Shown one piece after another: positions 27,380 through 39,835 of a stretch of DNA of 64,000 bases. Every line of letters starts with the position of its first letter. Position 1 is the stretch's first letter. The notes under the pieces are model-generated. The model saw only the letters and a list, made by a program, of their open reading frames with translations, did no database searches and had not been told where the DNA came from. Origin of the DNA: Octopus vulgaris (lineage: Eukaryota); NCBI GenBank assembly GCA_951406725.2, contig OX597831.1, positions 28,954,001 through 29,018,000 of the forward strand. Direction: 5' to 3'. A program made the translations under genes and the position numbers.

Positions 27380-28571
27380 ACTCAAAAATTTCAGTCCTCC
27401 CTCCCCTCCATGTATACACTCACACATACCACTCTTTTGTTCAGTTTTGTAGGTCTCTTTTTGTTTTTTTTCTGCCATGCTAGCATGGGTTAGTCAAAAC
27501 TGATTGAAATGGATTTCAACGGCTGGATGTTCTTCCTGAAGCCAACCCTTAACTGTTTTATAAATAAGATACTGATGGGTTTTATTCCCCTGGTTCCCCT
27601 TACACAATTACATGATGAAACTATTGAGCAATTTGCTAAGAGGAGATTGTAAACGAACAACTTTCACTCAAAGTTTTCATGAGAAAATGTGGAACACACA
27701 CACACACACACAAATTAAAAAGCTAATTAAAAAAAAATTAGCTTATATATCAGGTCAATCAAGGAAAGACATCAAGGTATTTTGCTAAAGGACTAAACAA
27801 AAACGTAAACAAAATAAATATAAGAAAAAATCTCAAATTTAAATTTGAGATATTATCTTGGCGTAAAGATCCCCTTCAGTATTAATGGCCATGGAATTGC
27901 ACCAAGAAAGTTCCCCTCTGAGGCACTAGTCCGAACAAGATTGTTTATGGAAGACCAGCAGTCACCCATGCATACCAGTCTCCTCTCTCCATGCCACCGA
28001 TGTTATCCAAGGGAAAGGCAAAGGCCGGTACAGCTTGGCACCAGTGATGTTGCAACTCATTTCTACAGCTGAGTGAACAGGAGCAACGTGAAATAAAGTG
28101 TCTTGCTCAAGATCACAACACACAGTCCGGTCTGGGGATTGAACTCACCACCTCATGATTGTGACCCCGATGCTCTAACCACTGAGCCATGTGCCTTATC
28201 TTAGAAAAAGACTTATAAACATCAATCTATGATTTCTACATAAACTTAAACAAATATGTATACTACTCCACATACACTAATATACACACTATACATGCAC
28301 ATGCTAGCCATACATGTACACACACACACATATCATCATCAGTTTAACGTCCACTTTTCCTTGCTTGCATGGGTCAGACAGAATTACCAGCCCTTCTTGT
28401 CACCAGCCATCAACTGCTTCTAAGCAATGCAATAATTTCTCCATGGCCAAACAGGTTCTCGTCATATATCGAGAATGAGGGACACTGCTTGTATGACATT
28501 GACAATCATTTTAGAACTACCGTGTGAGATCAGGACAAAGATACAATCAAACATACATGCACGTAAATATA

Positions 28572-29383
28572 TATTTCTTTATTGCCCCCAGGGAAGGGGG
28601 CTAAACATAGAGGGGACAAACAAAGGGATTAAATCGATTATATTGACCCCAGTGCATAACTGGTACTTATTTAATTGACCCCGAGAGGATCAAAGGCAAA
28701 GTCGACCTTGGTGGAATTTGAACTCAGAACGTAATAGCAGGTGAAGTGCTGCAAAGCATTTCGTCCAGCGTGCTAACGATTCTTATTTCCTTATTACCCA
28801 CAAGGGGCTAAATAAAATGGGGACAAACAAGGACATACAATGGGATTAAGTCGATTACATCGATTCCAGTGCGTAACTGGTACTTAATTTATCGACCCCA
28901 AAAGGATGAAAGGCAAAGTCGACCTCGGCGGAATTTTAACTCAGAACGTAACAGCAGACGAAATACCTATTTCTTTACTACCCACAAGGGGCTAAATAAA
29001 ATGGGGACAAACAAGGACAGACAAAGGGATTAAGTCGATTACATCGACCCCAGTGTGTAACTGGCACTTAATTTATCGACCCCAAAAAGATGAAAGGCAA
29101 AGTCAACCGTGGCGGAATTTGAACTCAGAATGTAATGGCAGACGAAATACCTATTTCATTATTACCCACAAGGGGCTAAACATAGAGGGGACAAACCAGG
29201 ACAGACAAAGGGATTAAGTCGATTGCATCGACCCCAGTGCGTAACTGGTACTTAATTTATCGACCCCAAAAGGATGAAAGGCAAAGTCGACCTTGGCGGA
29301 ATTTGAACTCAGAACGTAATAGCAGACGAAATACCGCTAAGCATTTCGCCCGGCATGCTAATGATTCTGCCAGCTCACTGCCC
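28572..29383 (-). mobile_element. Tandem array of four family C SINE units (Meta-domain-like core)
   Basis: Four ~185-210 bp units with gtcgactttgcctttcatcctttcggggtcgataaattaagtaccag. Single copies at 3301-3531(-), 18562-18794(+), 36628-37108(+), 40969-41120(+), 49478-49680(+), 54870-55080(+) and others. Confidence 0.85.
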
Positions 29384-30053
29384 TACAAGCACGTAAATAT
29401 ATATGTGTGATGGGCTGCATTGGCTTTGGTTGCCCTGAAGCTATAGTAGATGACACTTGCACAAGGTGCCATGCAGTGGGACTGAACTCAGAACCATGTG
29501 GTTGGGAAGCAAGCTTCTTACCACACATACACACACATGCACATATACAAACTACAATATATTGTAGTGTATAATTCAGTATTGGATTATCACACAGTGA
29601 CACACACAAATACATATTCCACACCATACACACAAACATTGTACATATGGACACCAGACATACACACACAGATACATGTATGTATGGGTGTTTGGGTATA
29701 TGACTGTGACTACACACATGCAAGTTGATACACACACACACACATACATACATACAAATAAAAATACCCTGTTGTTGATGTTGAAATTCCAATGAAGGAG
29801 CCTTGGATCTAAGTTAGAATCCAGCTCTTTCTCTATTGACAAGAAATCTTGAAATAAAACTGAATAATGACATACATACATAATTACGTATATGAGTGTG
29901 TGTGTGCATGTATGTGTGGGTCCCTGTGAGTGGCTATATGTGTATGTTTATAATTCCAGATCCCGGATTTCTGGCTTTGCATAACAGATGCTTTACGTAA
30001 GTATATCGTATGTTGTATGTATATATATTTGTATTTATGTGCTATCTGAGTGT

Positions 30054-30112
30054 ATTCCACTGATGAAGGCAGAGCATCTCTTATGCAAAGCCAGAAATCC
30101 GGGATCTGGAAT
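30054..30112 (+). ncRNA. Minimal type I hammerhead ribozyme motif (Penelope-like element remnant)
   Basis: attcca-CTGATGA-aggc..gcca-GAAA-tccggga-TC-tggaat: 6-bp stem I, intact core, near-palindromic stem III, AUC triplet. First stem II pair is A.A. Confidence 0.7.
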
Positions 30113-30357
30113 TATCCAGTAATTTTTTTCTTTTTGCTAGTTTATTTTGTCCTTTTGTCTTCTCTCCCAGTGCTATATGAACATTTAATGTGGTTTTAGA
30201 GTCAAGTTTTGACACTGCTATTTTCAGCATGGTGATATCTCTTAGATACCCTAAATTATAAATTTAAATAATTATTACCTTTGAAAGGTTTTTATTCCCA
30301 TGCTGTCCACCTGATAAGATCAGTATTTAAATATCGATCTTATCCTTATCTATATTA

Positions 30358-30394
<37 letters not shown>

Positions 30395-31384
30395 TATATA
30401 TATATATATAAATTTCAAAATTTGAACAGAAACGAAACAAAGGAAAAATGGAAAATTCACACACAGGACAAGATGTTGGTAATTCCTCATAAGTTATTAT
30501 CCCAAAGATCCTTACAAGTTCACACCTTTAACAGTAATATTGTTCATATATATATACACAGACAGACAGAGGGACAAATAGATATGTGTGTGTGTGTGTG
30601 TACCAAGTTAGGTTTGAACATGTGACTGCTTGGTCATAAGACACTGGTACCTGGAGCAGACATACATTAAAACAAATTCACAAAAAAAAGCATAATTTTT
30701 AAAAATCAAAATATATTAATAAAAAAATAAATAAACACCATCAGTTGCAGAGGTAAAGAACAAACTAAAAAAAAGAAGCAAAACAAATAAATTCTTAGAA
30801 AGAGATAAGGGCAGAAGAAAAGTGGGGGGAGGAGTAAGAGAGGTCAAGGTAAGACAGACAATAATCAGGGTGGGGGCATGAAAGTTGTATGTGTGTGTGG
30901 AGGGGGGAATGCTCTGTAATATAGAGACTGATAATAATGTTTACTTGGGTTCAAGAGAAAGTTCTAGATCCTAAGGAAAATAATGTGGTGGTGGTGGTGA
31001 TCATAGGGGGTATTCAATGATAAATCAAGTGTGTACAATCAAGGTTAATATTCTACAGATAGTGATATATACACATACACACACACACATGCGTGTGCAC
31101 GCAGTTTTAGGTTACCTTAACATCTGGCTAAACACCTGTACATATGTAATATATATGTATGTGTGTGTATACTTGTTTTTCTTTTATTCTTTTACTTGTT
31201 TCAGTCATTTTGACTGCGGCCATACTGGAGCACCACCTAGAAGGGTTTTAGTTGAACAAATTGATCCTATGACATATTCTCTTTTAAGCCTAGCACTTAT
31301 TCAATCGGTCTGATTTGGCAAGCCGCTAAATTGCCGGACATAAACACACAACACCAGTTGTCAAGACACAAAGTCACACATACA

Positions 31385-31436
<52 letters not shown>

Positions 31437-31593
31437 CGACGGGCTTCTTTCAGTTTCTGTCTACCAAATCCACTCACAAGGCTTTGGTTGGCCCAAGGCT
31501 ATAGTAGAAGACACTTGCCCAAGATGTAACGCAGTGAAACTGAACCTGGAACCATATGGTCGGGAAGCAAGCTTCTTACCTCACAGCCACACC

Positions 31594-31626
<33 letters not shown>

Positions 31627-32304
31627 ATATATATATACATACATATATATATACCTAGTTATGAAAACGAGTGGTCTAGTGGTTAGGGTGTTGCACTCAC
31701 ACTCACTAGATCATGAGTTCAATTCCCAGACTGGGGAACACATTGTGTTCTTGAGCAAAACACTTCATTTCACATCACTGCAGTCTACTCAGCTGCAAAT
31801 GGATAACCCTGCAACGGTCAGGGGAACGTTCGCCTGTTTACTTAGCTAGCAGGGTGGCATCATTCAAAGGCTTAAACAATGCAAAGCGCACCGTGACCAG
31901 CGATGTATGACAACATGCAAAAGTCCAGTCAATACCATGATATACTTATGCACATAAGTAAGTTATAAGTGAATATAGAAATGTGTGTGGGACAGGGACT
32001 TCAGGGCTTGCCTGAAGTCCCTGAAGAAACTCAAACTAGTAAGAAACTCACTGAATCTCTACAATGTTAACAAATACTCTCATCATCATTCAACCGGTAG
32101 AACAAGTACTAGGCTTACAAAGAATAAATCCTGGGGTCGATTTGCTCGACTAAAGGCAGTGCTCCAGCATGGCCACAGTCAAGTGGCTTAAACAAGTAAA
32201 AGAGCTAATTCCTCATCAGTAAACATCTAAAAGATTCTTACAATTTTGCACCTTTAACGTTGATATTGTACACTTTTTTGGTGGCGCCTGTGGCAAAAAA
32301 GCCA

Positions 32305-32574
32305 CTAGGAATAACTAACGAACGTCCGGGACAATGACAAAAACAAAACACAACAAAACAAAATAATTATGATAATTATATATACACAAAAAAAAACCAA
32401 AAAAAAAAAACGAAGCTGTACAGCTCCAGTAGTGTTGTTTGTAAGTATTATGTTGCATCCTATAAACATGTTGAAAGAGGACTCAATGCCGGATAAAGAG
32501 TAATTATTCGACAGTTTAGTTGTATTTCCTTTCAGCTTACAGCACTTGTTAAACTCTGAGCAACAGGGTGCTTG
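32305..32574 (-). CDS. Candidate terminal exon (phase 0: QAPCCSEFNKCCK...hydrophobic C-terminus; phase 2: SKHPVAQSLTSAVS*)
   Basis: Strong acceptor ccatttacaattccctattcacag followed by unique sequence. Reading frame ambiguous. Confidence 0.35.
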   Translation of the reverse strand, partial: QAPCCSEFNKCCKLKGNTTKLSNNYSLSGIESSFNMFIGCNIILTNNTTGAVQLRFFFLVFFCVYIIIIIILFCCVLFLSLSRTFVSYS

Positions 32575-32613
32575 CTGTGAATAGGGAATTGTAAATGGCA
32601 TACAAACATACAG

Positions 32614-32656
<43 letters not shown>

Positions 32657-33380
32657 GATATATATACATACATTGAAGACATTATACAACGGGTCACCAG
32701 ATATAAACACATTGATCATAATAATAAAAATAACAACAACAACAGCAATAACAAATAATAATAATAATAACAAATAATAATAATAATAATAATAATAATA
32801 TTAATAACAAATAATAATAATAATAATAATAATATTAATAATAATAATGATAATAATAATAATCTCTATGTAATATCAAGGTTTAAAACAAACATAATTT
32901 TCGGTTTAAAAAAAAAAAAAAAAAACCTTTTTTTTTTTAGACATTCATTAGTACAACATCCCCACCCCCCAAATATATGGCACACTAGGCATAACAACAA
33001 CATGAACTTCCAACCCTGTTGTCTCTTGAGGTCTCTGGGTGAGACTTGGAGCCAACTTGTACAAATATAAAGCAAAAGTCAAACATAGAATAATAATAAT
33101 AATAATATTAGTAATAATAATGATAATAATAATAATAATGATAATAATAATAATAATGATAATAATAATGATAAAAATAACAAATAATAATGCTTCTTAT
33201 TTCCATCTCAGCATACAGATGCAATGTCGCATGCAATATCAAATGGAATATTGTAACATGCTGTATATCTATAAACAGATATAAATATTTTATATACATG
33301 CACACACACACATATATATGTATACACATATATGCTGTAGAATACGGAAGGAGCAGAAGTGGGAAGATAGTAGTAGTAGC

Positions 33381-33413
<33 letters not shown>

Positions 33414-33674
33414 TGTAGTAATCCAGTTATTGTAGCCATGCGAAAATAGCAGCAGCAGCAAAAGCAGAATTTCACCCCCACCGTAACCTTTTGCCATGGG
33501 GTGGGGGGGGGTGCAGGGTAATCCCAACAGTCGACTTCATCGAGCCACACCCCACCCACACACCCTACCATACTCGACCTCCTTCTGACAGAGATTGGGG
33601 GCCTTGGGAACACCTTCCAGTAAACATGAGCACCTTGTTCCTCATCAAACAGTCTTTACACACACACACACACA

Positions 33675-33706
<32 letters not shown>

Positions 33707-34475
33707 GTGAAGACCCATGGCTTAGTGGTTAGGACATTCAGCGCACAATCATAAGATTGTGAGTTCAGTTCCCAGAGATGCATTGTGTTCTTGAGCAAGA
33801 CACTTTATTTCACTTCACATTGGTCCAGTCCACTCAGCTGACAAAGATGATTTGTACCTGTATTTCAAAAGGGCCAGCCTTGTCACACTGAATCTCCCTG
33901 AAAAGTATGTGAACAGTACATGTGTCTATGGAGTACTCAGCCACTTGCACATTAATTTCATGAGCAGGCTGTTCCATTGATCAAATCAATTGGAACCCTC
34001 ATCGTCAAAACCAATCGAGTGCCAATTATGCACGCACACACACACTAACCTCAACTTACAACCCAAACCCTCACAGATTCTGACTTCTCCATCATGAATC
34101 TAATGCCCACAAACGTTGACATTAAACACACCCTTTCCTTCTTCCCTTTCATTTGTTTCACTCATTGAAAGCTGGCCATGCTGGAGCACCACCTAGAAGG
34201 GTTTAGCCAAATAAATTGATTCCTGTCCTTGTTTTAAGTCTTGTAGTCTGGAACTTATTTGAGTGGTGTGTTTCAGCAAACTGCAGAATTTGCCGTCATT
34301 GGCAGTAACAGCATTAAATCGTATCTGAGTGGTTAGATATGGAGATGTAAATAAATTGACTCAGCTTGTCAAGCAATAAGAAGAAAAATACAAAAATGTA
34401 GGCAAACACATTATATACATGTGTGCACACACAAAATGTAAATGTTTTCTGCAATAAGTTGAACTTCATGTCTGA

Positions 34476-34556
34476 GGCTCTGATGAAGCAACAGGGTGAT
34501 ACTCATGCACTCAACTATGAGCCCATTGCATCTTATAGCAGAAACAGTAGTAAGCC
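34476..34556 (+). ncRNA. Type I hammerhead ribozyme motif with long stem II
   Basis: ggct-CTGATGA-agc...gca-GAAAC-agta-GTA-agcc; stem I ggct/agcc; GUA triplet. Confidence 0.62.
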
Positions 34557-34630
34557 AATGAAGTGCATAAGTTAATTGTTTATTCATTTATCATCTTAAT
34601 TTCTTTTGTGTGTGTGTGTGTATTTGTACG

Positions 34631-34682
<52 letters not shown>

Positions 34683-34750
34683 GACAGACTTCCATCTACC
34701 AAAATCACTTCCAAAATCACTTTGATTGGTCCAAAGCTATACATATATAA

Positions 34751-35125
34751 TCTCTCTATATATAAACGGCAGTTTGTCTGTGCGTGTTTCTGTGTGTCTG
34801 TTTGCTTGTACCCTCACCCTGACCACGGCTTTCAACCGATTCTGATGAAACTTGACACACACATAGCCCAATGTCATAATTCAAAACTAACGCAGCGAAA
34901 ATTTTGAAAAGTTCCCCCAGTTCTGAAAAAAATCGATAAATTCGACATGGGGTCGAGAATCAGAAACACGAACCACAAACTGTCTAGGGGACGCAACTCC
35001 ACCTTTTTTAAATCTCAAATAAAAATTTACCATCATTTTTTTGCTATTTTTTGGCTATAACTCTCTAAAAATGCTTTATAGTTATTTCCCTTACAAACCT
35101 GAGCAATGCCGGGCGATACTGCTAG
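34751..35125 (+). mobile_element. Non-autonomous Helitron-like element
   Basis: 5' TC(tctctatatataaa), 3' CTAG after a GC-rich segment (cctgagcaatgccggg), inserted between A and T, no TSD. Confidence 0.75.
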
Positions 35126-35630
35126 TTATAAATAAGGAGAATGGAGTGAGCAAGTCCTTTTATTACATTGATTTACAATTGTTTCATCTGAGTGTCTCCT
35201 AACATAACCACAAAGTGGAATTTGGTAGACAGAAACTGAAAGAAGCTAGTCATGTGTATGGATGTGTGTGTGTGTGTGTGTGTCTGTGTGTGTGTCCACT
35301 GCTGTTTGACAACCTGTGTTGGGTTTTTTTACCTCTCATTAACTTAGTGATTTGGTAAAAAAGACTGATAGTGTTAGTACCAGATTTCAAAACAAGTGCT
35401 ATATATATATATATCCGAATTTAGTAAATTTAGATTTTTATCTGCATACACAGCAACCCCAGTTGCTAACTGTCAACTATAAAAATACCATTTTTTTGGC
35501 TTATCAAACTTCAATATGGGAAAAAATTTACAGCCTTCTAAGTCAATAAATGGATATTGTTCCTGAAAGTTGTGTTTTATACCTTCGACAGGCTGCTCAA
35601 AGCTTACTAATTTTATGTATATGTGTGTAT

Positions 35631-35784
35631 TCATACGCACAAACAACCTGGACAACATCCAAAAAGAAGGCCACTTGGCAGATGGACAAAGGTTCGTTCA
35701 CCTACTGAATCTGTATCCATAGCAACTGACTCACAGCCATCATGTATCTGCTCCCTATATCTCCTACAGCTACTACAAAAGCTC
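35631..35784 (-). CDS. Candidate alternative terminal exon ending in CaaX (RSFCSSCRRYRE...LLFGCCPGCLCV*)
   Basis: atgaacag acceptor, 50 open codons in the phase-2 frame. Weak pyrimidine tract. Confidence 0.3.
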
Positions 35785-35961
35785 CTGTTCATTTCAATTA
35801 CCAAACTAAATACCATCCTCACCAAGAGCACCGACCATCTTTACCAAAATCCCCATAGAACAATTCCTCCGCCCAATCCTTCCTCACTAGCACTGCATCC
35901 CACTGAAATTCCCTGCCACCCCACACCTTATACACCTTTCTTATATACACTCCACTCTTAC

Positions 35962-35995
35962 CTGCCTGGGAAGGCCACTGGCCCCCCTACTGGTG
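35962..35995 (-). CDS. Candidate 34-nt micro-exon (STSRGASGLPRQ)
   Basis: Acceptor ctgttttatattatatag and strong donor CAG|gtaaga around a GC-rich 34-mer, phase 2 to 0. Confidence 0.4.
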
Positions 35996-37755
35996 CTATA
36001 TAATATAAAACAGGTAGTAGTAGTAGTAGTTAGTAATAGTAGTGGTTAATAGTAATAGTAGTGGTAGTAGTAATACTGTTAGTCATGACAGCATAAAAAG
36101 TAGTAGCAGTAGTACTAGTAGAAGGAAAGTAAGAATCAGGAGAGATTCTGGAAGCTTTGGGTGTGAAAATGAAGAGAAAGAAAGAAATCAGTAAGAACTG
36201 AGTCAGTTGATCTTGTTGTTGTTGTGGTGGTGGTGGTGGTCGTCGTCGTCGTCGATGGGTGGAGGAAGAATGTAGAAATTCTGGGTGGAGTGGAGTGGGG
36301 TGGGATGGAGGAACGAAACAAATTCTTAAAAACGTCTAAGCTATTCAGAGATAATTGAGAAACACACCCAACCAGATTGTCGTTATTATTATTATTATTA
36401 TTATTAAAGATTATGAATTAATTGCTAAGATTTTCACTCTAAGAGAGAAAAATTGCCAGCAGAAGAGAGCTTAATATCACGAGAGGCCACTGTTCCTGTA
36501 CAACAGACGTGTGATTAGCATCTTGCAGGAAACAATTGCAAGACAGATTCTTCAAGCCGACCCAACCGACAGGAGACCTAGGGTTAAACCAGGAATGAGA
36601 TGGTTGGATAATATCCATTGTCTCATCTAAGGCGGCAAGCTGGCAGAAATGTTAGCATGCCAGGTAAAAATATTAAGGTGGCAAGCTGGCAGAATCGTTA
36701 GCATGCCAGGCGAAATGGTTAGTGGTATTTCGTCTGCTGGTATTTCGTTCTGAGTTCAAATTCCGCTAAGGTCAACTTTGCCTTTCATCTTTTTGGGGTT
36801 GATAAATTGAGTACCAGTTATGCACTGGGGTCGATGTAATCGACTTAATCCCTTTGTCTGTCCTTGTTTGTTCCCTCTATGTTTAGCCCCTTCTGGGCAA
36901 TAAAGAAATAAACATTAGCATGCTGGGTGAAATGCTTAGTGATATTTTGTCCATCTTTATGTTCTGAGTTCAAATTCAGCTGAGGTTGACTTTGCCTTTC
37001 ATCCTTTCGGGGTCGATAAATTAAGTACCAGTTGCATACTGGGGTCAATCTAATCAACTGGCTCCCTTCCCCCAAATTTTAGGGCCTTGTGCCTAGAGTT
37101 GAAAAGAATATCCACTGCCTCATTTGATCCCGTTTGGGAATTCACTTGGGAAGTCTAATGACATTTGCTTTTGATACGACCATGTGGAGGAGGTGCCTTA
37201 GGACTCAACCCCCAAAACCCTCCCAGGAAGGGCAGGTGAACATGGGTGAAATGCTTAGTGGTATTTCATCTGTTTTCATGTTCTGAGTTCAAATTCTGCT
37301 GAGGTTGACTTTGCCTTTCATCCTTTCAGGGTTGATAAAGTAAGCACCAGTTTCATACTAGGGTCAATGTAATCAACTATATATATATATATATATATCA
37401 ACATGTAGCAGTCAGTGTCAATGATACATAGACATGTAGCCATCGGTAGGGATACTAGCACATTGAAATGTAATAGTCAGTGATATTGGTACACCAACAT
37501 GGAGTTGCTATAATGGTGTTGATATACCAACATGAAGCAGTCAGCAATAATGGCACTGTTTCACCAACATGTAACAATCAGCAGTAGTACTGATGATATA
37601 CAAACATGTAGCAATTAGTGTTAGTGTTGGCACACAAACATGTAGAAGTTAATGGCACACCAATACATAACATTAGTAATAGTAGTGGTGGTGGAGGTGT
37701 TGCACAAACATGTAGCAGTTGGCATTCATGGCAGTGTGCCAACATGTAGCACTCT

Positions 37756-37806
<51 letters not shown>

Positions 37807-38173
37807 ACAGCAGTGGCAGTAGTGAGATTAAACATGTAGCAGTCAGTGGTGGCATTGTTGATGCACCAACATGTAGCAGCTATGACATACTTGAAGAAGT
37901 TAAAGAAACAACAGCAGTCAGTAAGGGGAAAAAAAAAACAGAACAATTTGGAGAGGAAGAAAGAACAAAAAATAAAGATAAAAGTGGTTGGTGGGGGGGT
38001 GAAGGGGTAAGACAAGAGAGAGGGGGAGAGGGGGGAAAGGTAAACAGGTAGAGTATAGATTAAATCATAACAATAATCATAATCATCATCATCATCATCA
38101 GCAGCAACAAGAGGAAGAGTAGAAGGTAAAAGAGGATGAGAGGAAGTCTGACAGGGCACCGAGAAGCAGTCAC

Positions 38174-38308
38174 CTGATCTGTTGTGTGAAGTCATTGAGC
38201 TCTGCCTCACAATCATGGTTGTGATGTGTGCAGCAAACGTCGCCGTTGTTTACCTCTTGTTGTTGTTGTTGTGGGGACGGTGGCGGCGGTGCAGATGTGT
38301 TATCTGGC
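38174..38308 (-). CDS. Candidate alternative exon (RPDNTSAPPPPSPQQQQQEVNNGDVCCTHHNHDCEAELNDFTQQIR)
   Basis: Acceptor gccgttctttatag, open in the phase-2 frame for 135 nt to CAG|gtgact (frame-preserving; read-through gives TGA). Second donor GAG|gtaaac at 38254. Confidence 0.55.
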
Positions 38309-38574
38309 CTATAAAGAACGGCATGCAAGATATAGCAGCTGTGTTAATAGACAGATCCATTTTGCTAGCAGTGGCTTTTAGTAAATGTGGCAAAAAACAA
38401 CAACAACGACAAAAGCAGCAACAATAATATTGCATTTTCCGGTATACAAGATGATGTAGTACTTAGCATATAAACATGTAGCGTAAGTGTTAAAATGCCG
38501 TTGCTGTCTTTCTAAACCCTGTTGCATTTCACATGGAATTTTTGGTTCTTGGAAATTGTCTTGGTGTACATACT

Positions 38575-38990
38575 CTTTTACTCTTTTACTTGTTTCAGTC
38601 ATTTGACTGCGGCCATGCTGAAGCACCGCCTTTAATCGAGCAACTCGACCCCGGACTTATTCTTTGTAAGCCCGGTACTTATTCTATCGGTCTCTTTTGC
38701 CGAACCGCTAAGTGACGGGGACATAAACACACCAGCATCGGTTGTTAAGCGATGTTGGGGGGGACAAACACAGACATACAAACATACACACACACACACA
38801 CATATATATAAATATATACATATATACGACGGGCTTCTTTCAGTTTCCGTCTACCAAATCCACTCACGAGGCTTTGGTCGGCCCGAGGCTATAGTAGAAG
38901 ACACTTGCCCAAGGTGCCACGCAGTGGGACTGAACCCGGAACCGTGTGGTTGGTAAACAAGCTACTTACCACACAGCCACTCCTGCGCCT
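38575..38990 (-). mobile_element. tRNA-derived SINE (family A), young full-length copy
   Basis: Reverse complement of the 17032 element with CpGs preserved. Confidence 0.88.
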
Positions 38991-39605
38991 ACATGTGTAG
39001 GTTGCCCTAGCATTTTTGGTTGTAAAATCTTGAGTCTGAAAAATTCAACTTGTAGTATCCGGAATATACAATAATATTGATAATGATATTATATATTCGA
39101 CAAAAAAAAATGATTGAAATGTTTTGCTTTTCTATACACAAGTAATAGCAAAAAAAAAAGAAAAAGGAATTAGATGTTTAGTGAATCAGATGCAGAGATG
39201 TACATAAGGGATAATGCAGAAACATAAACACACACATATATACATGCATATGGAGACACAGACACCAACACAGATGAAGACACAGACACCAACACAGATG
39301 CACATATACACTCATATATAATTAGACAGAGGCACAAACATCCTTAGAAAAACGATGATTTTAGCTTATAAACCCTTTTGTTTTTGGCAGTCAAGGGGAC
39401 TGTAAGGGCATCGAACAGAATACTTGGTGGTGACTGTAGGTGACTGTTTACATTTTAATTCCCAATTCTGCCAATGTCAAGTTTAAAATAAGGACCAGTG
39501 ATGCCCAAGGGTCACAATAATCAACTATATACCCATTCCATTAAATTTAAAAGATTCCACCAAAGGGCCAATAACAAGGGTTATTTACCCAATCACAATC
39601 GTACC

Positions 39606-39835
39606 TTGTCCACCTTGTAATTAAGCTAGGGTTTAACAGAAAAGCTTACAACCACAATAGGGTCCCATCCACCCTGTAATTAGCCAGGGTAGATAGGTAA
39701 GGCTTACGACCATGATAGCATCCCATCCACCCTGTAATTAGCCAGGGTAGATAGGTAAGGCTTACGACCATGATAGCGCCCCATCCACCTAGTAATTAGC
39801 TAGGGTAGATAGATAAGGCCTACATACAATAGAAC
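39606..39835. repeat. ~58-bp minisatellite, about 4 copies
   Basis: Unit cccatccaccctgtaattagccagggtagataggtaaggcttacgaccatgatagcat. Confidence 0.88.

Noticed and set aside
32017-32062. CTGAAGA...GAAAC motifs here and at ~52144
   Set aside because: No pairing stem I and/or a disallowed cleavage triplet; at most decayed remnants.
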